Of a stretch of DNA of 64,000 bases, positions 29,100 to 43,775 are shown one piece after another (within the stretch, counting starts at the first letter, position 1; the number at the start of each line of letters is the position of its first letter). The notes under the pieces are model-generated. The model saw nothing but the letters and a program-made list of their open reading frames with translations, was not told where the DNA came from and did no database searches. Made by a program: the position numbers and the translations under genes. Source of the DNA: Chrysomallon squamiferum (Eukaryota > Animalia > Mollusca); the NCBI GenBank assembly GCA_012295275.1, contig CM022665.1:13454001-13518000 (forward strand), given 5' to 3'.

Positions 29100-30472
29100 G
29101 CAAGCTTAAAAGTTTCTAGCTCATCTTGAATATACACTTCTGTGGCCCCTCCTACGACACGCAAACCAAATGAAATATGCTAACGGTAATGTCCACAAAT
29201 TATTAACACGCCGTCATTCGACAAAGGCCAAACAATTTCCTTTCACGGCTTACCTTTGTTTGTAATGAAGTAATATCTCAAATTTCAATGTACTGGGTGG
29301 GCAGCTCCATCGACAGAGACTAGACGATAAAAGCTTTTCTTTCTTTTTTTTTCCTTTTTGTCCAGTTTCATCATAGGTAACAGGTAAATATTAAGGAGAG
29401 TACAAAAAAGACCTGGTACTGTAAAAGATTAAAAATCCAACTACATGTATATTTATAAATAGGTTTTTAATTATCTCCGTTCATTCGGCGGGGTGTTCCG
29501 TGGCCTCTGGATTGAGTTTCTCTTTTAAATAATTCACATAAATTGACTAGGTATGGAATGTACGTTTTTCATGATGTTTCTCTCTGGATGTCAGTCGGTA
29601 ACAAAGACGGCTGCTTTGTAATTACACGTAAATGTTCATGTTTTTTTTTTGCCCATTGACAGGTGGGCAAGTTCGTTATTGTAAGTGCAAGGATTAAATA
29701 ACATCCGATGGAATTAATAGAAATCTTTTTTCGACCAATTTTCAACACGATGGGATACATTAACATTTAATTTTCATTGCCGTGAAACGGATACCATTGA
29801 GTGAAGTCTTCCTGTATCTTGGCGTTTCTCGTACAGTGCTAAATTATTCATTACGCTGATCAAGTCTGTTGTATTTTGTTATTAAAAAAAAGAGAGAGAG
29901 AGAGAGTGAAGTCAAAATGTGGTGTTACACAGCTTTAGGTATTAGAAAAATGAACAGTTTTCTGTTGAAAGAGTCACTGTTACGGGAATAGTGGATTATT
30001 TCAGGTTTGCCTATCTTTTTTACTTGAAACAATTTTTTCAGCTGTCTGAGGAATCACCTGGACTCATATTTTTCTTCTTAGTAAATTCCATTAATTTGTC
30101 TTCACTCAGACGAAATCCTTCTGAATACTTTTCCTGTATTCATGATTCCTTTTAACAGCGATCTGGAGATAACTGCGATTGCTTTGTACATGTATTTCAC
30201 TTTGCTTATAATGAAGCTACATTTAATGCAGCATTGTGTGACCGTTAAACATTGTTGCCAAAACCAAGAATACTAATAAAAGAAGTTCCTAATAATATTC
30301 ATAGGGATTTGCTAGCTGTAATTCTGAAGAAAGAAGACCAAAATGAAGATACAAAATGTTCTGCTATGCTTTAAAAGGCCAATGACGTAATACTGTTTAT
30401 TATAACAAGATAATAAATGAGTCAGATTTTTTTTAATTTTACAAATCTTCATAAATTAACTCAAAGATTAAA

Positions 30473-30672
30473 ATGTCTGCTCGATCACGAGCTCAAAAGA
30501 TACGACATGTTACGAGTGCATCTCGCGCTGGAAGGGGTGCGAAGGGAGTTTCCGCCGATGATTGGAATTCAGTTAGAAGGGGTTCGAAAGGAGATGAATT
30601 CAGTTGTTCACGTTCATCCTCTAGGTCATCTGCTGTTACAAGGCCGCCATCGGTCACTCGACCCGTATCCAG
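30473..30672 (+). CDS. Candidate variable first exon V5: MSARSRAQKIRHVTSASRAGRGAKGVSADDWNSVRRGSKGDEFSCSRSSSRSSAVTRPPSVTRPVS(R)
   Basis: AAAATGTCT start; 66 codons + 2 nt; perfect donor CAG|GTAAGT (phase 2); GC-rich relative to flanks; CCAAT overlapping TGACGTAA at 30379-30390. Confidence 0.75.
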
Positions 30673-31987
30673 GTAAGTGTGACATATAGTCGCCACTGGA
30701 AATAAAATGTAGCTGAGAACGTTAATGCTGCTTTAATTTGGAAGACGTAATTAGGGCCTATATAAAATATGTACTTTACTATCAATAAACACACACATGT
30801 AACGGTATTCTAAAAAAAAAAAAAAACCCCACCATATTTGGAGCTTTTATTCATTTGTTTGTTTGTTATAATTAAACTTACATTATTTTGCAAATGCTGA
30901 TGAAATTTTCTTTTAGTTACATTTTTTTATCAACATATTGCACATGGAGTTTGGTTAAAAGTCAGGCCGTATCTTGGTATATTTAAAAAGATTTTAAATT
31001 AGCAAACTTAAAGAAAAATCCGTAATGTTAAGTTAATTATGTTGAATCAGCAGATATATTATTATTATTATGAGTTGATTTAAATCCAAAATTTTATATA
31101 TATTAGAGAGGATATATTATTCAATATAGCATTGCTTTTTGACACTTAAAGTATATACCATGCACAAACACAGCAGTTTAAACCCTGTCTCTCTTTCCAC
31201 ACACACACGCGTACACACACGCATACATTACAGTTCTTTACAAATGCTGCTTTTTACTTTTTTCCCCACTTAATAATGATATATTGGTATTTCACAAATT
31301 CAGTTGTAGTGTAATAATGGGTGCTATATTTATGTACGTGAACGAAAAAAGAAAAGCTTTTAGAAGACATTAGAGTCTGTAAAATAAGTAAAAATAACAT
31401 AAATCATCAGAATGACGTCGCTGTTTGTTATGAAGGCGGTACAAACGAATAATTTACGTGACTTCGTCGATTTACGCTCGTGTATGTAATTTGGCATCTG
31501 TCATTTAGAAAATATAATTTACAAATGGCGGTTAAAATATTTCATTATCTTAACCTAGTACCACGGCCTCTCTTGATCAAAACTCTCTGGAGAAGTTATA
31601 CTCGGCTATGCCCATGAAAAAACATTCTCGATCAGTTCTCTAGTACTATTTAAACTTTTTATTAGACAGAAGTAGTTAAATTTTAGCAAATTTTCTAATA
31701 CTGAAAGCCTAGCTCAGAAGTCTTCCCCCCTCCCGATAACGTATTACCCAACAACTTTTTTCCTTTTTCTTTCAGTCTATCTTCTTCTTCTATATTTTAT
31801 TTATTTATTTATCATTTTTTAAAACTAGTCTAATATTCGTAATCACGTTCTGCTATTAAACAAGTAGAAATAAGAAAATCTGTTTTCTAAATCTAAACAT
31901 TCCAAGGTCAAATTAATTATTTTGTAATTTTATAACTTTGATTCGATCTTGTAACAGCAGTTTTAGGTCCATATTTGATTCCATTTA

Positions 31988-32027
<40 letters not shown>

Positions 32028-33101
32028 TCATTTTAATGTGCAATATTAATGTGGAAAGTAGGTATTCGGTTAATATAAAAACCAAAATTTACATTACGTC
32101 AGAATCTAAACTATTGATTAAATTTCATTAATTCAAATTCGTTTGGGTCTTAATTTTTATTAACGTTCATTCATAAATTAATCACAGTTATCGTTAATAA
32201 ATGAAACAAATTTCTGATAATGTTTGTTTAAAATTAATGAGTATCGGGGATGAGCACAAAACCTACAGTTCCTGGGTTACCACTGACATTAAACGAGTAC
32301 GTCTTAATGTTGACCTACCAAACAAAATCAAATTTTATATACATTATTATAATTTATATGTATCTTGCAACCATTGTATGTAGTGGCAAGAAAAATTTCT
32401 GCATTTTCACACACTGACCAAAAATATAGCTTTTTGAGACTGAGCCTTAATGACAAAAACAAATTATGCTATTTGCATATATTATATTGCTAAAAATTAT
32501 TTCTTCAGTGTTTAATTGCTAGTTTTGATCTTAAAAGACGATTCTTGATTAGAGTTTTCATTATATATATATATAATAACTGATAAATTGTTGTTATATG
32601 AGAACTGTTTTGTTTTGATGTCCTGTTACTGTTGAGAGCGGTTGAACTGATAATTAAAACAGTTATTTTCATTGAATTGTTGGACTGCAGTATGTAAGGA
32701 ATAAATGATTACTGTGTTATGACATCAGCTTTATCCTGCACACGTCGAATGGTCATGTGAAACTCATAATAGCCTCGTTGCAAATTGTCATTCTTACCTT
32801 GGCAGGCTAAAGCTGATGTCTTAAGATAGTAACCAGTTATTCCCTCTTTATAATAATATTATTTAAAACAGAAGAAATGCCAGTAGCATATTGCTATCGA
32901 GAAGAGTTTGCATTAACGCTCATGGAATGTTCACCTTGAACTACAAGACATAGGCCCGTACTGTATTGTAAATCCGAGGGACTGGAGAATAAATGATCAC
33001 ACCACCATATAGTTTTTCTTTTCTCTGATCGATATGTGTTTTTGTGTCCTTTCTTTCATTTTTATATATATATATATATAGCTAATGAAACTACCACCAT
33101 A

Positions 33102-33235
33102 ATGGCGTCCGCGTTCCTTTTCGAAAAACGTTCATTTTGTCGTATAAGTAATATTTTATACACTTCCATCAGATCAGTTAGTCCGAATTTCGGAACACAA
33201 TCTAAGTTTTCACTAGAGAGTTCTGACAAAGGTCG
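33102..33235 (+). CDS. Candidate variable first exon V6: MASAFLFEKRSFCRISNILYTSIRSVSPNFGTQSKFSLESSDKG(R)
   Basis: ATAATGGCG start; donor CG|GTACAT gives phase 2 (the alternative AG|GTCGGT 4 nt earlier would be phase 1); followed by (CA)n/(CAT)n intron-like repeats. Confidence 0.5.
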
Positions 33236-35832
33236 GTACATTTTACACACACACACACATCATCATCATCATCATCCGACAGAAAACATTGATTTTCTGA
33301 CCATTGTGCTGAGAATTACAAAGACTGGATTAATCTGGATATATTTACCATATTCTGTCGGATATAATTCCTACTATGGAACTGATAAAAGCATTATTAA
33401 AGTGTATCTGTGTTTGCGCAAACATAAGTTTTATTATAAGCATGTGTGTGTCCACTGTTACAGTTATATTTATCAGAACAGAACAAAAATTAATAGATTT
33501 ATTAGTTTCTTTCTCTTTGATTTTGTTCTTCATGTCGTTATTATTATCATTATTGTTGGTCTTCTTATTATTATTATTGTTGTTGTTGTTGTTGTTGTTA
33601 TTTCACATCTGCTTGCACATACGAAATTATGTTATTTCCTTCCCGGTATAAATTAATATTTTTATTTGGGTTTGTTTGTCAAACGGTTTTAAAGAAGTCT
33701 ATATTACTGTGTCTCTTTGTATATGAATTATAATGTACTGCTGAATGTACTTTGAAGCCATTCTGCATCTTATCGTCTATCCGTTAGTCCATACAGAAGT
33801 ACGTACAATCATATTAGTATGTATACCGTGTGTCAGTTTAGTGAAACATTTTATTTATTTATGTATTTGCTTATTTTATATTTTAGTTTGTTGTTGTTGT
33901 TTTTTTAAATATCAGTTGCTACACGCAAGTGTGTCAGTGGAGCAGTAATAAGACAAGTCTTCTGAAATGCTTCATCAGCTGCCATTTTCCTTTCTTTGAT
34001 ATAGACAAATAGAAAAAGAAAACAAAAACCCATTCATATCATCATTGTTGCAAATGAATATATATGACATTTAAAATGTAGCTTCACTAGTCATCTACCC
34101 GTATTCTTTCTCTTTCACTAACTTACTAACTCTATCTAGAAAAGTCCCAGTATTTGTTTCTGTTTTATACAGCAATTCAAAGTCAACCTGAAATAGATTG
34201 ATAAAAGTATAGCTGCGCGGCCATTTCGACCTAATGTACAATCGATATAGGTTATTATAACAAAAGAAAAAAGATTTAATTTAAAAATAAAACATGCATG
34301 TTAAAAATTGTCAACACAATATCAAACAATTTCCACTGTAATCAAGTCTCTTGGAACATTAGACCCATCTGGTATAAACTGCCTCGAGGTAAAAAAAAAT
34401 AATAATTGTAATGAAAATGTTGCCAATAATCTGGGATAATGACAAAATATGACGTTAATAAATGGGGACAATTATACACACTTTTGGTACAATCGAATGA
34501 GAACCCGCCATCGTTGCTATGACAATCACTCACCTGTCAGGTGCGATAAGGTCATTAACTCTGATGAGGTTTCATTTCACGTCTTTTATCAGATGAAATT
34601 AGCCTTGCATCCGTTTCCTGTAAACAGAAAACAGCGTTTCTTCCTGTTATTACCAAATTAAAATATCTCCTGTCTCACTGAATCTAACGTTAATTGTATA
34701 CTATTATAACTGCTAATTTTATATTTATTTACTTATAAAACACACACACACACACGTAAACATACATATAAATTACACATGAGTACATACATCATATGCA
34801 GAAAAATCTCACTTCTGTAATGTGATAAAATCGAAAAAAAAAATTTCAACTTTTCCCTCCTTTCGTTAAATAAATAAATAAACCATCAAAAACAACAAAA
34901 CATTAACTCTTTTACAATAATCTTTTTTCTTCTTTTGGGTTATTTATAGTTGTTTTTTTCTTTCTTTCTTTCCCTTTTTTTTTCTGGTTTTTTTTTTTTT
35001 TTTTTTTTTTGTCATTCTTTATTCATAATCGGATAAATAGTTTTTGTTGTACCTGTCCTTTTTTAAGCCGTATAAATCACATCGCTTCATCTTTGATCGC
35101 CGAGTGGGTACTTGCAAAAAAGAGCTTATTTCTATTTTGTTTTCGTTTAATAGAGCATTAACGAATTTCTGTCAGAGGTAAATTCCCTTTCAGATAGTAT
35201 GCCCATATGCTACAAAAAAAGTAATAATAATCTTCTTCGTATAAAAGACGGTTTCCATCCTCTCGGTGGCTCATTTTAACTTTCTGGAAACAGAGCCATA
35301 ACCGTATATTCCAGGAAAAAACCTTCAGGAGATTCAAAAGGGAAAAAAATCTCAGTTGATCATCTGTAATATATAAGTTAAAATAAAAATTAAAAAAAAA
35401 GAAAGAAAATGGAAACAAAAGGAAGATTGTGATAGAAAATAATGTTTAAAACAAAAGAAAGAAAATATGACTAAGGATTTTTAATATATTTTGGGGGTTT
35501 CCTTTCAACGGTTAAGTATCTCTTAGGTATAACTTACTTACGGATGAACATATATTCAAAACCAATTTCGTAGAAAAAAAACAAGTACCGACAACAACAA
35601 CAAAAGTTGCAGTCGTCACACAGATTTGAACGTAAATTCTTGGAGATCGATCATTAACATTTGCAACGTTTTGTACACTGTTTTGCCAATAAATATTACT
35701 TTCACGTATGTCGATAAATCAAATGGAGAACAACAGAAACTGTTAAATAGACTGCACATAATTGTTTGTGTAGAGTTACGGGTTCTGGTTATAGCATTAG
35801 CATCAGTTGCATTATATTTTTGGACTGAAAAC

Positions 35833-36014
35833 ATGAAACGCCATTCCAAGAAGGAGCCAGAAGATGGCGGCCATATTACAAGCGGTTTCCATGGCAACGT
35901 TGGTGGAGGTAGGAGGGTGTCACTTGGACAAGTTCACGAAATGTACTTGAAACAGCGGGGATCTATATGTGGATCCCCATGGGACAAAGAAGGCAAATTT
36001 GATTTTGGCGCAAT
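35833..36014 (+). CDS. Candidate variable first exon V7: MKRHSKKEPEDGGHITSGFHGNVGGGRRVSLGQVHEMYLKQRGSICGSPWDKEGKFDFGA(M); in-frame alternative start at 35941
   Basis: AACATG start; 60 codons + 2 nt; donor AT|GTAAGT (phase 2); KRHS and RRVS motifs. Confidence 0.7.
35861..35898 (+). promoter_or_regulatory. YY1-like motif and perfect RFX X-box inside V7
   Basis: AAGATGGCGGC (35861-35871); GTTTCCATGGCAAC (35885-35898). Confidence 0.55.
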
Positions 36015-36599
36015 GTAAGTTAATATGCTCGACGATTATTTTGTCTGTGGCTTGGAATAATGATGATGATAAGGATGACGATGATGATGTTGATGATGAT
36101 GATGATGATGTTGATGATTATAATAATAATAATATTAAATGACAGTTGATTAATAAAGGAATAAAAGAAACTAAGAACATTAAGCAAACATTAATGTAAC
36201 TGAATATTCTTTAAATTAAAATATGTTTATATGTATTATTACAAGGACATCATCATAATATTATTATCATCATTTTATCACTATTTTTATTAATCAGTTT
36301 TATGAAATAATTAACCTTTTATAATCGTAAAAATCGAAAAAAAAAACCGAAAAAAAAGAAATTTGCTCTTATTATTTCAGCACTGACAATCAATTTTATG
36401 TTATTTGATAGTATTTTATGTTACAATTGCTCATGATTAGACTTGCCAGACATTTTTATATATACGAGAATTCCGGTATGTACCAAACAAAAATGTCTAT
36501 TATGGGAGTTTTATACTAAAACCCTAAGTAAAATGGACAGTTCTGTACATGTTGGATAGCCTTATATTTCAGACTTTTAAAAACATTTTCTCCGACTTC

Positions 36600-36660
<61 letters not shown>

Positions 36661-36952
36661 GTAATAGTAATAATAATAATGTTTTACATATCAACAAACG
36701 AATATCAAATATGATTGGAACTAGTTAATACATATAGATAGACATATATAAACTGAGTATTATTTGTATTACTTTATTTTATTTATTTATTTATTTTTAT
36801 ATTTTATTATTATTATTATTATTTTATTATTTTTATTATTAATTTTTTTTTAAACAAAACCATGAAGCACAACATTTATAATAAGAGGAACAAAATGTAG
36901 TGTGTTTTTTTTGTTGTTTTTGTTTTGTTGTTTTTTCATTTCTGTTTTCTAG

Positions 36953-36976
36953 CACACCTGAATCTCATTTTGTAAG
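36953..36976 (+). CDS. Candidate 24-nt phase-2/phase-2 microexon (TPESHFV/R)
   Basis: Long T-rich tract ending TTTTCTAG, then C ACA CCT GAA TCT CAT TTT GTA AG|GTAAAA; frame-preserving between V7 and ADGB exon 2. Confidence 0.45.
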
Positions 36977-39900
36977 GTAAAAATCGTCTGTGTTCCGTGT
37001 TGCGGCGGCTGCGCGCAACGAAATGAAAACGATCTGTTATTGATAATTACTGATTGTCGTGTGTACAGACACTAACGCTTCGTATGAATTAATATGTGCG
37101 CACGTGCGTATACGGATGCGCTTAAATGTAATATACATTATGGTCATCGTCATCATTATGACTGTGTAATATTTATCACATATTATTATTATCAGTTACC
37201 TGAACATTAAAATGGTGTGAATCATTATGATTATCCTTTGGTTTAAAATGAACCTTATACCTCCAGGGTAACATCCATCTTTTGAACATGAAAGCTGTGA
37301 AGATAAAGAACAATGGATATGTATATGAACACCGAAAGAAAATGACACCGGTATTGATAATAAACTGATAATCTGACCAAAATGATGATGCTTTCTATAA
37401 TTATATATTTATGCGTCTAGAATTGATTTTTGGGTGTGCGTCATTGTTTCATAATTCAGAGTGGTGTATGTAACAATATCGTGGAGGTAGTGATTTCACG
37501 AGGAAAGGCTATAGTTTATAATATTAACATTATTTTGGTTTTGCTATAGTTAGATTCGAAACTTACAGAGATAATCTATTTTCGAGAGAAATGTTTATCA
37601 TCTTGTACTAAATTTTAAAGAATTAAATTACTCCCTATCTTCTTTTTCTAGTTTTGAATAATTATAGTTTAACACTATGCTACATAATAATTTTATAGCC
37701 ATGGATTTTCTAATAACCAAAGGTGAAATAAGTTGGAAAAAAACAGGTATCTTGTAATGTCTGTCATCATTACCTCCACAGTCGTCATTATCATACTGCC
37801 ATCATCACAACGATCGCCACCAGCATCAACATCATCACCGTCATTTTTGTTTTTATTATTATCGACAGTACAGATCCTAATACTAATGAACAATTATTTC
37901 TTCTTTTTTTTCAGCCTTATGATCTGCATGATTTCCCACTTTATCCTTTTTTCACCATGTCATTTCTACAAGCCTCAATTAGAAAATATACTGCTTTTAT
38001 CTGTTTTTGCATTATGTGATCTCATTTAAGAATATTGATTTTTTTCTTTCCTTTTATTTTGTCTTTCCTTTTTATTTTTACTCTTCTTTCTTTCTCTCGT
38101 TCTTTCATACTTTTTTTTTTTTTTTTTAATCCAAACTAATTGCCTGCTTCATGAAGTCAGTTAGTTGGGTTCTCAGAATAATTGTTTTCGTGGCATCATT
38201 GTTCTTTTGAACTCGAAGTATTGGTAGTTCAGTTGTGTGTAGCATCTGCATATTTCTATATTAGAAAATATATAACTTGCTCCTACCCTTATTTCCTTTT
38301 GTATTATTACTACGACTATGGCTACCACTACTACTATTATTATTAATACATATATTATTGCTACGTCCCAAGAATATTATTCCTAATATTCAGATATACA
38401 TATCTAGTTAGTATACATTTTTAGTAACCACGAAAGAAAATAAAAAAATAAAAATAAAGAAAAACAACAACAACAAAGAACAACAAAAGAAAAGAAAAAA
38501 GAAAAATGTTACAGAAAATATAGGGGAAAATCTATAGCAGGCTAAGAATGACTTATACCATTCTGTAAATTTAAATTTGTTGTTAATATATTACTTATTT
38601 ATTTATTTAATTAAATCGCTGATTGAAACAGTCACGAGAAACGTTCTGATATGAATTCAAGTACTAAAATTTGCATGTATTAACAGACACATAAAGATTA
38701 TTTAGATTATTTCTGCATGACTAGGCCAGTAAGCCTTTATCCGTACTTCTCCTGTACCCTTTCCATTACGTCTGTTTTAAAATCCGTTCTAGTTGTGCGT
38801 CTGTATTTGTCTTAGTCGTTGTTGAAAATTATCTCGTTTTAAATATTTTTGTTTGTACGTTTTATACATGGTTATGTGTGTTTATCTGTACACACACACA
38901 CATTACAGACACATATATATTAAACAATATATGCACGCATACACACACGTTGATTTTTGTATTTATTTTAAACGGGCGAATGAGGTATCCTTGGAGTGGA
39001 TCATTAGATCTATTAATTAATACTGAGAACTTATTTCCTCGTGTAATTACATTGTTCTGAACTAAAAGGCAGTTTAAATTGAAGAAATACAAATCTGTGA
39101 TACAACAACAAAAAGCAAGTTTGAACTTGAATGTTTTCACGTGAAAGCGGTTTTAATTTACTGTGTTCAGCGACGCTACATCAATCAAGAGACCATTAAA
39201 GTATTTATCCATGACAAAGCAACCATACCAAGCCAGGTGTATCTACTTTTTAAGTTGATATGAACGGGCAAAAACTCAATATCAAAACTTTGCCGCCCGG
39301 GGTACAGTAGATTCAAGGATCAATACGCCTCTCGGGATTCTGTTAGAATGTTTTCATTTCTAGTTTTAGTTTAATGAATTCTAACACAGCGGAATCATTT
39401 TGTTTGTTTTATTTCTACCATTAAATAACAGTTTTGAAACGGAATATTAAATTAATTCTATATCATTGAGAATAACTGTTTCTATTAATACCTATACTAA
39501 AACCATTACATCTGTTTGAAGTATGATATAATAATAATAATAAAAATTAAAAATATAAAATAAAATAAAATAAAATAAATAACAACAACAACGACAACAA
39601 TAAATAAATAAATAAATAAATAAATAAATTATTAATAAAGACGTTGTTCTTTTGTTAAATTTGCTTTTGCTAAAGAAAATCTGGCGAATGAAAACAAAAT
39701 CTTAAATAACAGGAAAAACTACGTAATAAAGATTTTATTTGTAGAAACACTTACTCTACCTGTTTACCTTAAAGATATATGATATAAAGTGTATACATCC
39801 GTTCTGTGACTGTAAACACTGCAGAATTAGTCACACCATGGTCCATTTAGTAATGCTTTCACGTGGAATATAATTATTACAGATGCCGAGCAACAAGGCC

Positions 39901-40913
39901 GGGAAACAATAAAATTCTAAAGATGTTTGAGTTACATAAATTCCAACAGGGTCTGACAAACAATGCTTTTAAGAGTGTTTGTTAAGCGAGATACAGCCAG
40001 TATGATCGTTTCCATGAAAGTGAGCGGAGGAAATCAATTTTCGTTTCTGAGATCAGAGTAGAATTTTGATTAACTCGTCTGTTTAGTACATCAGTTTAAT
40101 GATTTTGTAATGAAGAAGACACATATCCTCTAGACAATAAATAAGACTGAAATAAATCAAAGTCGTATGAAAACCTATTTCGTTTTTGCAAGAAAATTAC
40201 TTTAACCGGTAACTGATTTCTTTTTCTTTTTAAAATGTTTTTCCTGCGGGTTTTTTCCGTCTCCGTGCTGTGTTGCTGTCATGGGCTCCAAAACAAATTT
40301 GCCATTAAAAAGAACATACATCTGAGTCACTAAAAAAATAAAATAAAATAAAATAATTTAGAATAAACATCTTTGTTTAGAATTTTTCTCATATAACATG
40401 ATAATGATACATCTCATATTTACGTGAAGTTAATATGTAGGAATATAAGTGCATAATCAATTAAAATTAATGCTGATAGGTATTTATATGTTGTATTATA
40501 TCTAATGCATGCAGGCATATGTGTGTGTGTGTGTGTGCATATATAGGAAGGTGGGCAACACATGTATGTATAAAATTTATGAATAGATTTTGTATTATTA
40601 TTATTTTAATATTTTGGGCTTCGAACTTTATTAAAACTTGTGACACGATGTCATTCAGAATTCTTAAAATATATATTTATGGCACTGAGACTATTGAATT
40701 TTCTTTATTTTTTCTTTAAGAAAACCCACTGCAAAATAAATTTATTGTGTGTATTTAAAATATATTTATATAACATATTTTCAAACTATATAAATAATTA
40801 TTCAGTATATATATATTTAAGTTCGATGTAATCCGAATTCATTTGTGTACAAATTAAATTAATCATATTGGCTATTCCTTAGCTGCAGATTAAAATAGCA
40901 TCGAAAGTGTATT

Positions 40914-40947
<34 letters not shown>

Positions 40948-40968
40948 AATAATTACACAAAAATGTAC

Positions 40969-40999
<31 letters not shown>

Positions 41000-41637
41000 T
41001 GTGAAATCAAATTAATTAAACAAAGGACTTTCATTCCAGTTTTTTGTTATTATTTATTTTCTGTTTCTGAATGCGCTTAGACCATATATTGCAATTCTTC
41101 AATGTACAATTACAAAAGGCCTATCTGTATTTACGTGTTACTTTAAACATTATTGTGTTTCGTTTTAATGGAATCTATAGTACTCTGTGGGATACGTGAA
41201 CATGCAGTATCGTGTTGTTCTACGTACTGTTTATTTTATGTCTCAAACGGCTAAATCAACTTTCGCGAATTCCTTACAACGTTCTTAAATCGGAGTCATA
41301 AGAATAGCCACTGGACCAAGACAATGTGGGGTGCTTCGCTTTAATACGATATCACTTCATTTCGTTGTTGGAGGTGTCTCGAAAAACCTCCAGTAAGATT
41401 AACTGACTGTTGAAAGATAACAAATTATTTATTTATTTTACATTTGAATTATATATTGTGCGTGGAACAGTATGTTCGTTTTCGCTTAAAAGGAAAGAAA
41501 TGTTATCATTCCAGTTACAGGTGAAGTAATGGAATAAAACATTGGAAAATAGATACTAATAAAGATGCAAACCTATGCTGATTAGTGAATCAAAATTTTC
41601 AGACAAAAAAAAAGGTGGGGGTAAAAAAGTAGTGATT

Positions 41638-41984
41638 ATGAGTAGGAGGACATCCTTGTTACCAACTGGCGGGAAAAGACTGGCTGCCAAACGACAGTCT
41701 ATAAAAGATGGGCAACAGGCACTGCACAGAGGATCATTTTGTCTGTTCGATATTCAAGAAAAATATTTATACATTACGATTCGCACTTATCCTTCCCACC
41801 CGGACACAGAGACAGAAATTATTATCGCTCAGGGACCGATATATCATGTAGACAGCAGACGTGGCTCTTTGCTACCATCTGACAGAAGACAGTCTCTATT
41901 TCCGGTTGATAGGCGACCGTCTGTTTTCCCAGCTGACCACAGAGATGAGGTGATTACACCCGACAGTGACCGCAGAGATCATAG
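41638..41984 (+). CDS. Candidate variable first exon V8: MSRRTSLLPTGGKRLAAKRQS...DSRRGSLLPSDRRQSLFPVDRRPSVFPADHRDEVITPDSDRRDH(R); possible earlier ATG at 41575
   Basis: 115 codons + 2 nt open in AT-rich DNA; donor AG|GTAAAA (phase 2); five (R/K)RxS motifs. Confidence 0.75.
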
Positions 41985-42082
41985 GTAAAAGACGGGCAGA
42001 AATTAATATTTATGATAAAAATATATAATGAACAGTATATATGTATGTATTTATTAATGTGCATTATATAAAGGTAACTTCA

Positions 42083-42152
<70 letters not shown>

Positions 42153-42543
42153 AACATTGTGAATAAGAAGCCACCAACTTGCAGACATGCCAAGGCTTGT
42201 CAGAGTAACTTTATTTTATTACTATTAGTTTTTTAACATTATTAATTTAATTTCCATTGCGTTTTTCGGATTGAGCACTAGCAAAAAGCTTTAACCACAC
42301 ACGAGGTATCAGTTTTCTTTTACAAACAACAATTAATTATAACAAAATCAAACACTGCTTACATTCATATAACATGCAGTGTTGTAATTTGTATAAAAGG
42401 TATTACATGTAACAAATAAGAATGTAAAAAATTATATATCTATATTGGCAACAAACAAAAAAAAATAAAAAAATAAAAAAATAAATAAAAAAATAAAAAC
42501 ATAAAATAAAAATTTTAAATATAATTAATTAATTAATTAGCTA

Positions 42544-42598
<55 letters not shown>

Positions 42599-43677
42599 AT
42601 AGTAGTGTTAGTATTAGTACTGGTATTAGCATTAGTATTAATATTAGTCATTTTATCATTTATTTTTTTTTATTTTTTTTTTTTTTAATGACGCGGTGAG
42701 CTTGTAACACAAACATGTCAATAATAATAAATAAATAAAATAAAATAAAATAAAATAAAAATTAATAAAATGCATAAATAAATGAAAAATCTTATTAACA
42801 ACAGTTTTTGCCAGTGATTTACAAACGTTTGCAGGTTTACATTATCACGGGTTTACACGAACACACACACATTTTTTTTTTTATATCAGTATTTCATGGT
42901 TTACTTACATTTGTGTATGCGAAGTAAAGCTGGCAATCAGTGTGCATCCTCAGTAACCCTGAAATACTTAATTATTAACAAGACTTTTGTGTAAAAAAAC
43001 AACAACAATTTCTTTTTTTTTAAATTAATAGTAATAATAATTTCTTTAAAGTATAATTATTTCATTTGTTTCTTTTAATCAACAATAACAATAAAGTATG
43101 TTCCTTCAGCCTAAATTCAAAGACAATAAATGAATAAATAAAATTCGTTTTTACAGTCATTCCATCAGGCTAGTTTTTTTCTAACTCTCAAAGATACATT
43201 TCAGTGAGTGTTTTCTTCTAGTCCGTTTATTTTATCTTCAGCTTTACAAAATGTCACAATTGTCGAAGCTGATTAACTTTGATTTAACACATAATTTAGT
43301 TTTATGAGAAGCATTATAAAAATGAACAGGTTATTAAAACCAGAAACATGCTCAAACACAGATCTGAATTTCGATAATTTATGTATCAGTCTAACAAATC
43401 TCCATTTATCTCTATATCTGGGTTATGCAGTCATAAATTGTATTAAACTGTTTTCAATACCTTGTTATTTATTTATTTTCTAACCGTTATTATTCGACCG
43501 TTGATATATTATTGCAGGTAAAACGTAAAAATCAGTGGGGAATAAATAGAGGCAATATTTGATTTATGAATATTTATGTGATATATAAATGAATTATTAC
43601 AATAGTTAATCGACCGAAGTAAAACATTGGGCTATCCTGTCATTACTACCCTCGCCCTTTTCTCGCAAGTACCACAT

Positions 43678-43775
<98 letters not shown>

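Noticed and set aside
30417-30696. Overlapping ORFs 30417+ and 30493- over V5
   Set aside because: Shadows of a GC-richer exon; only the 30473 frame has a good start context plus phase-2 compatibility at the GTAAGT donor.
9671-41984. Alternative model: the segments are consecutive internal exons of a separate gene
   Set aside because: Several have in-frame stops shortly upstream of their ATG, most lack clear acceptors, and no terminal exon is evident. Disfavoured, but not excluded without transcripts.
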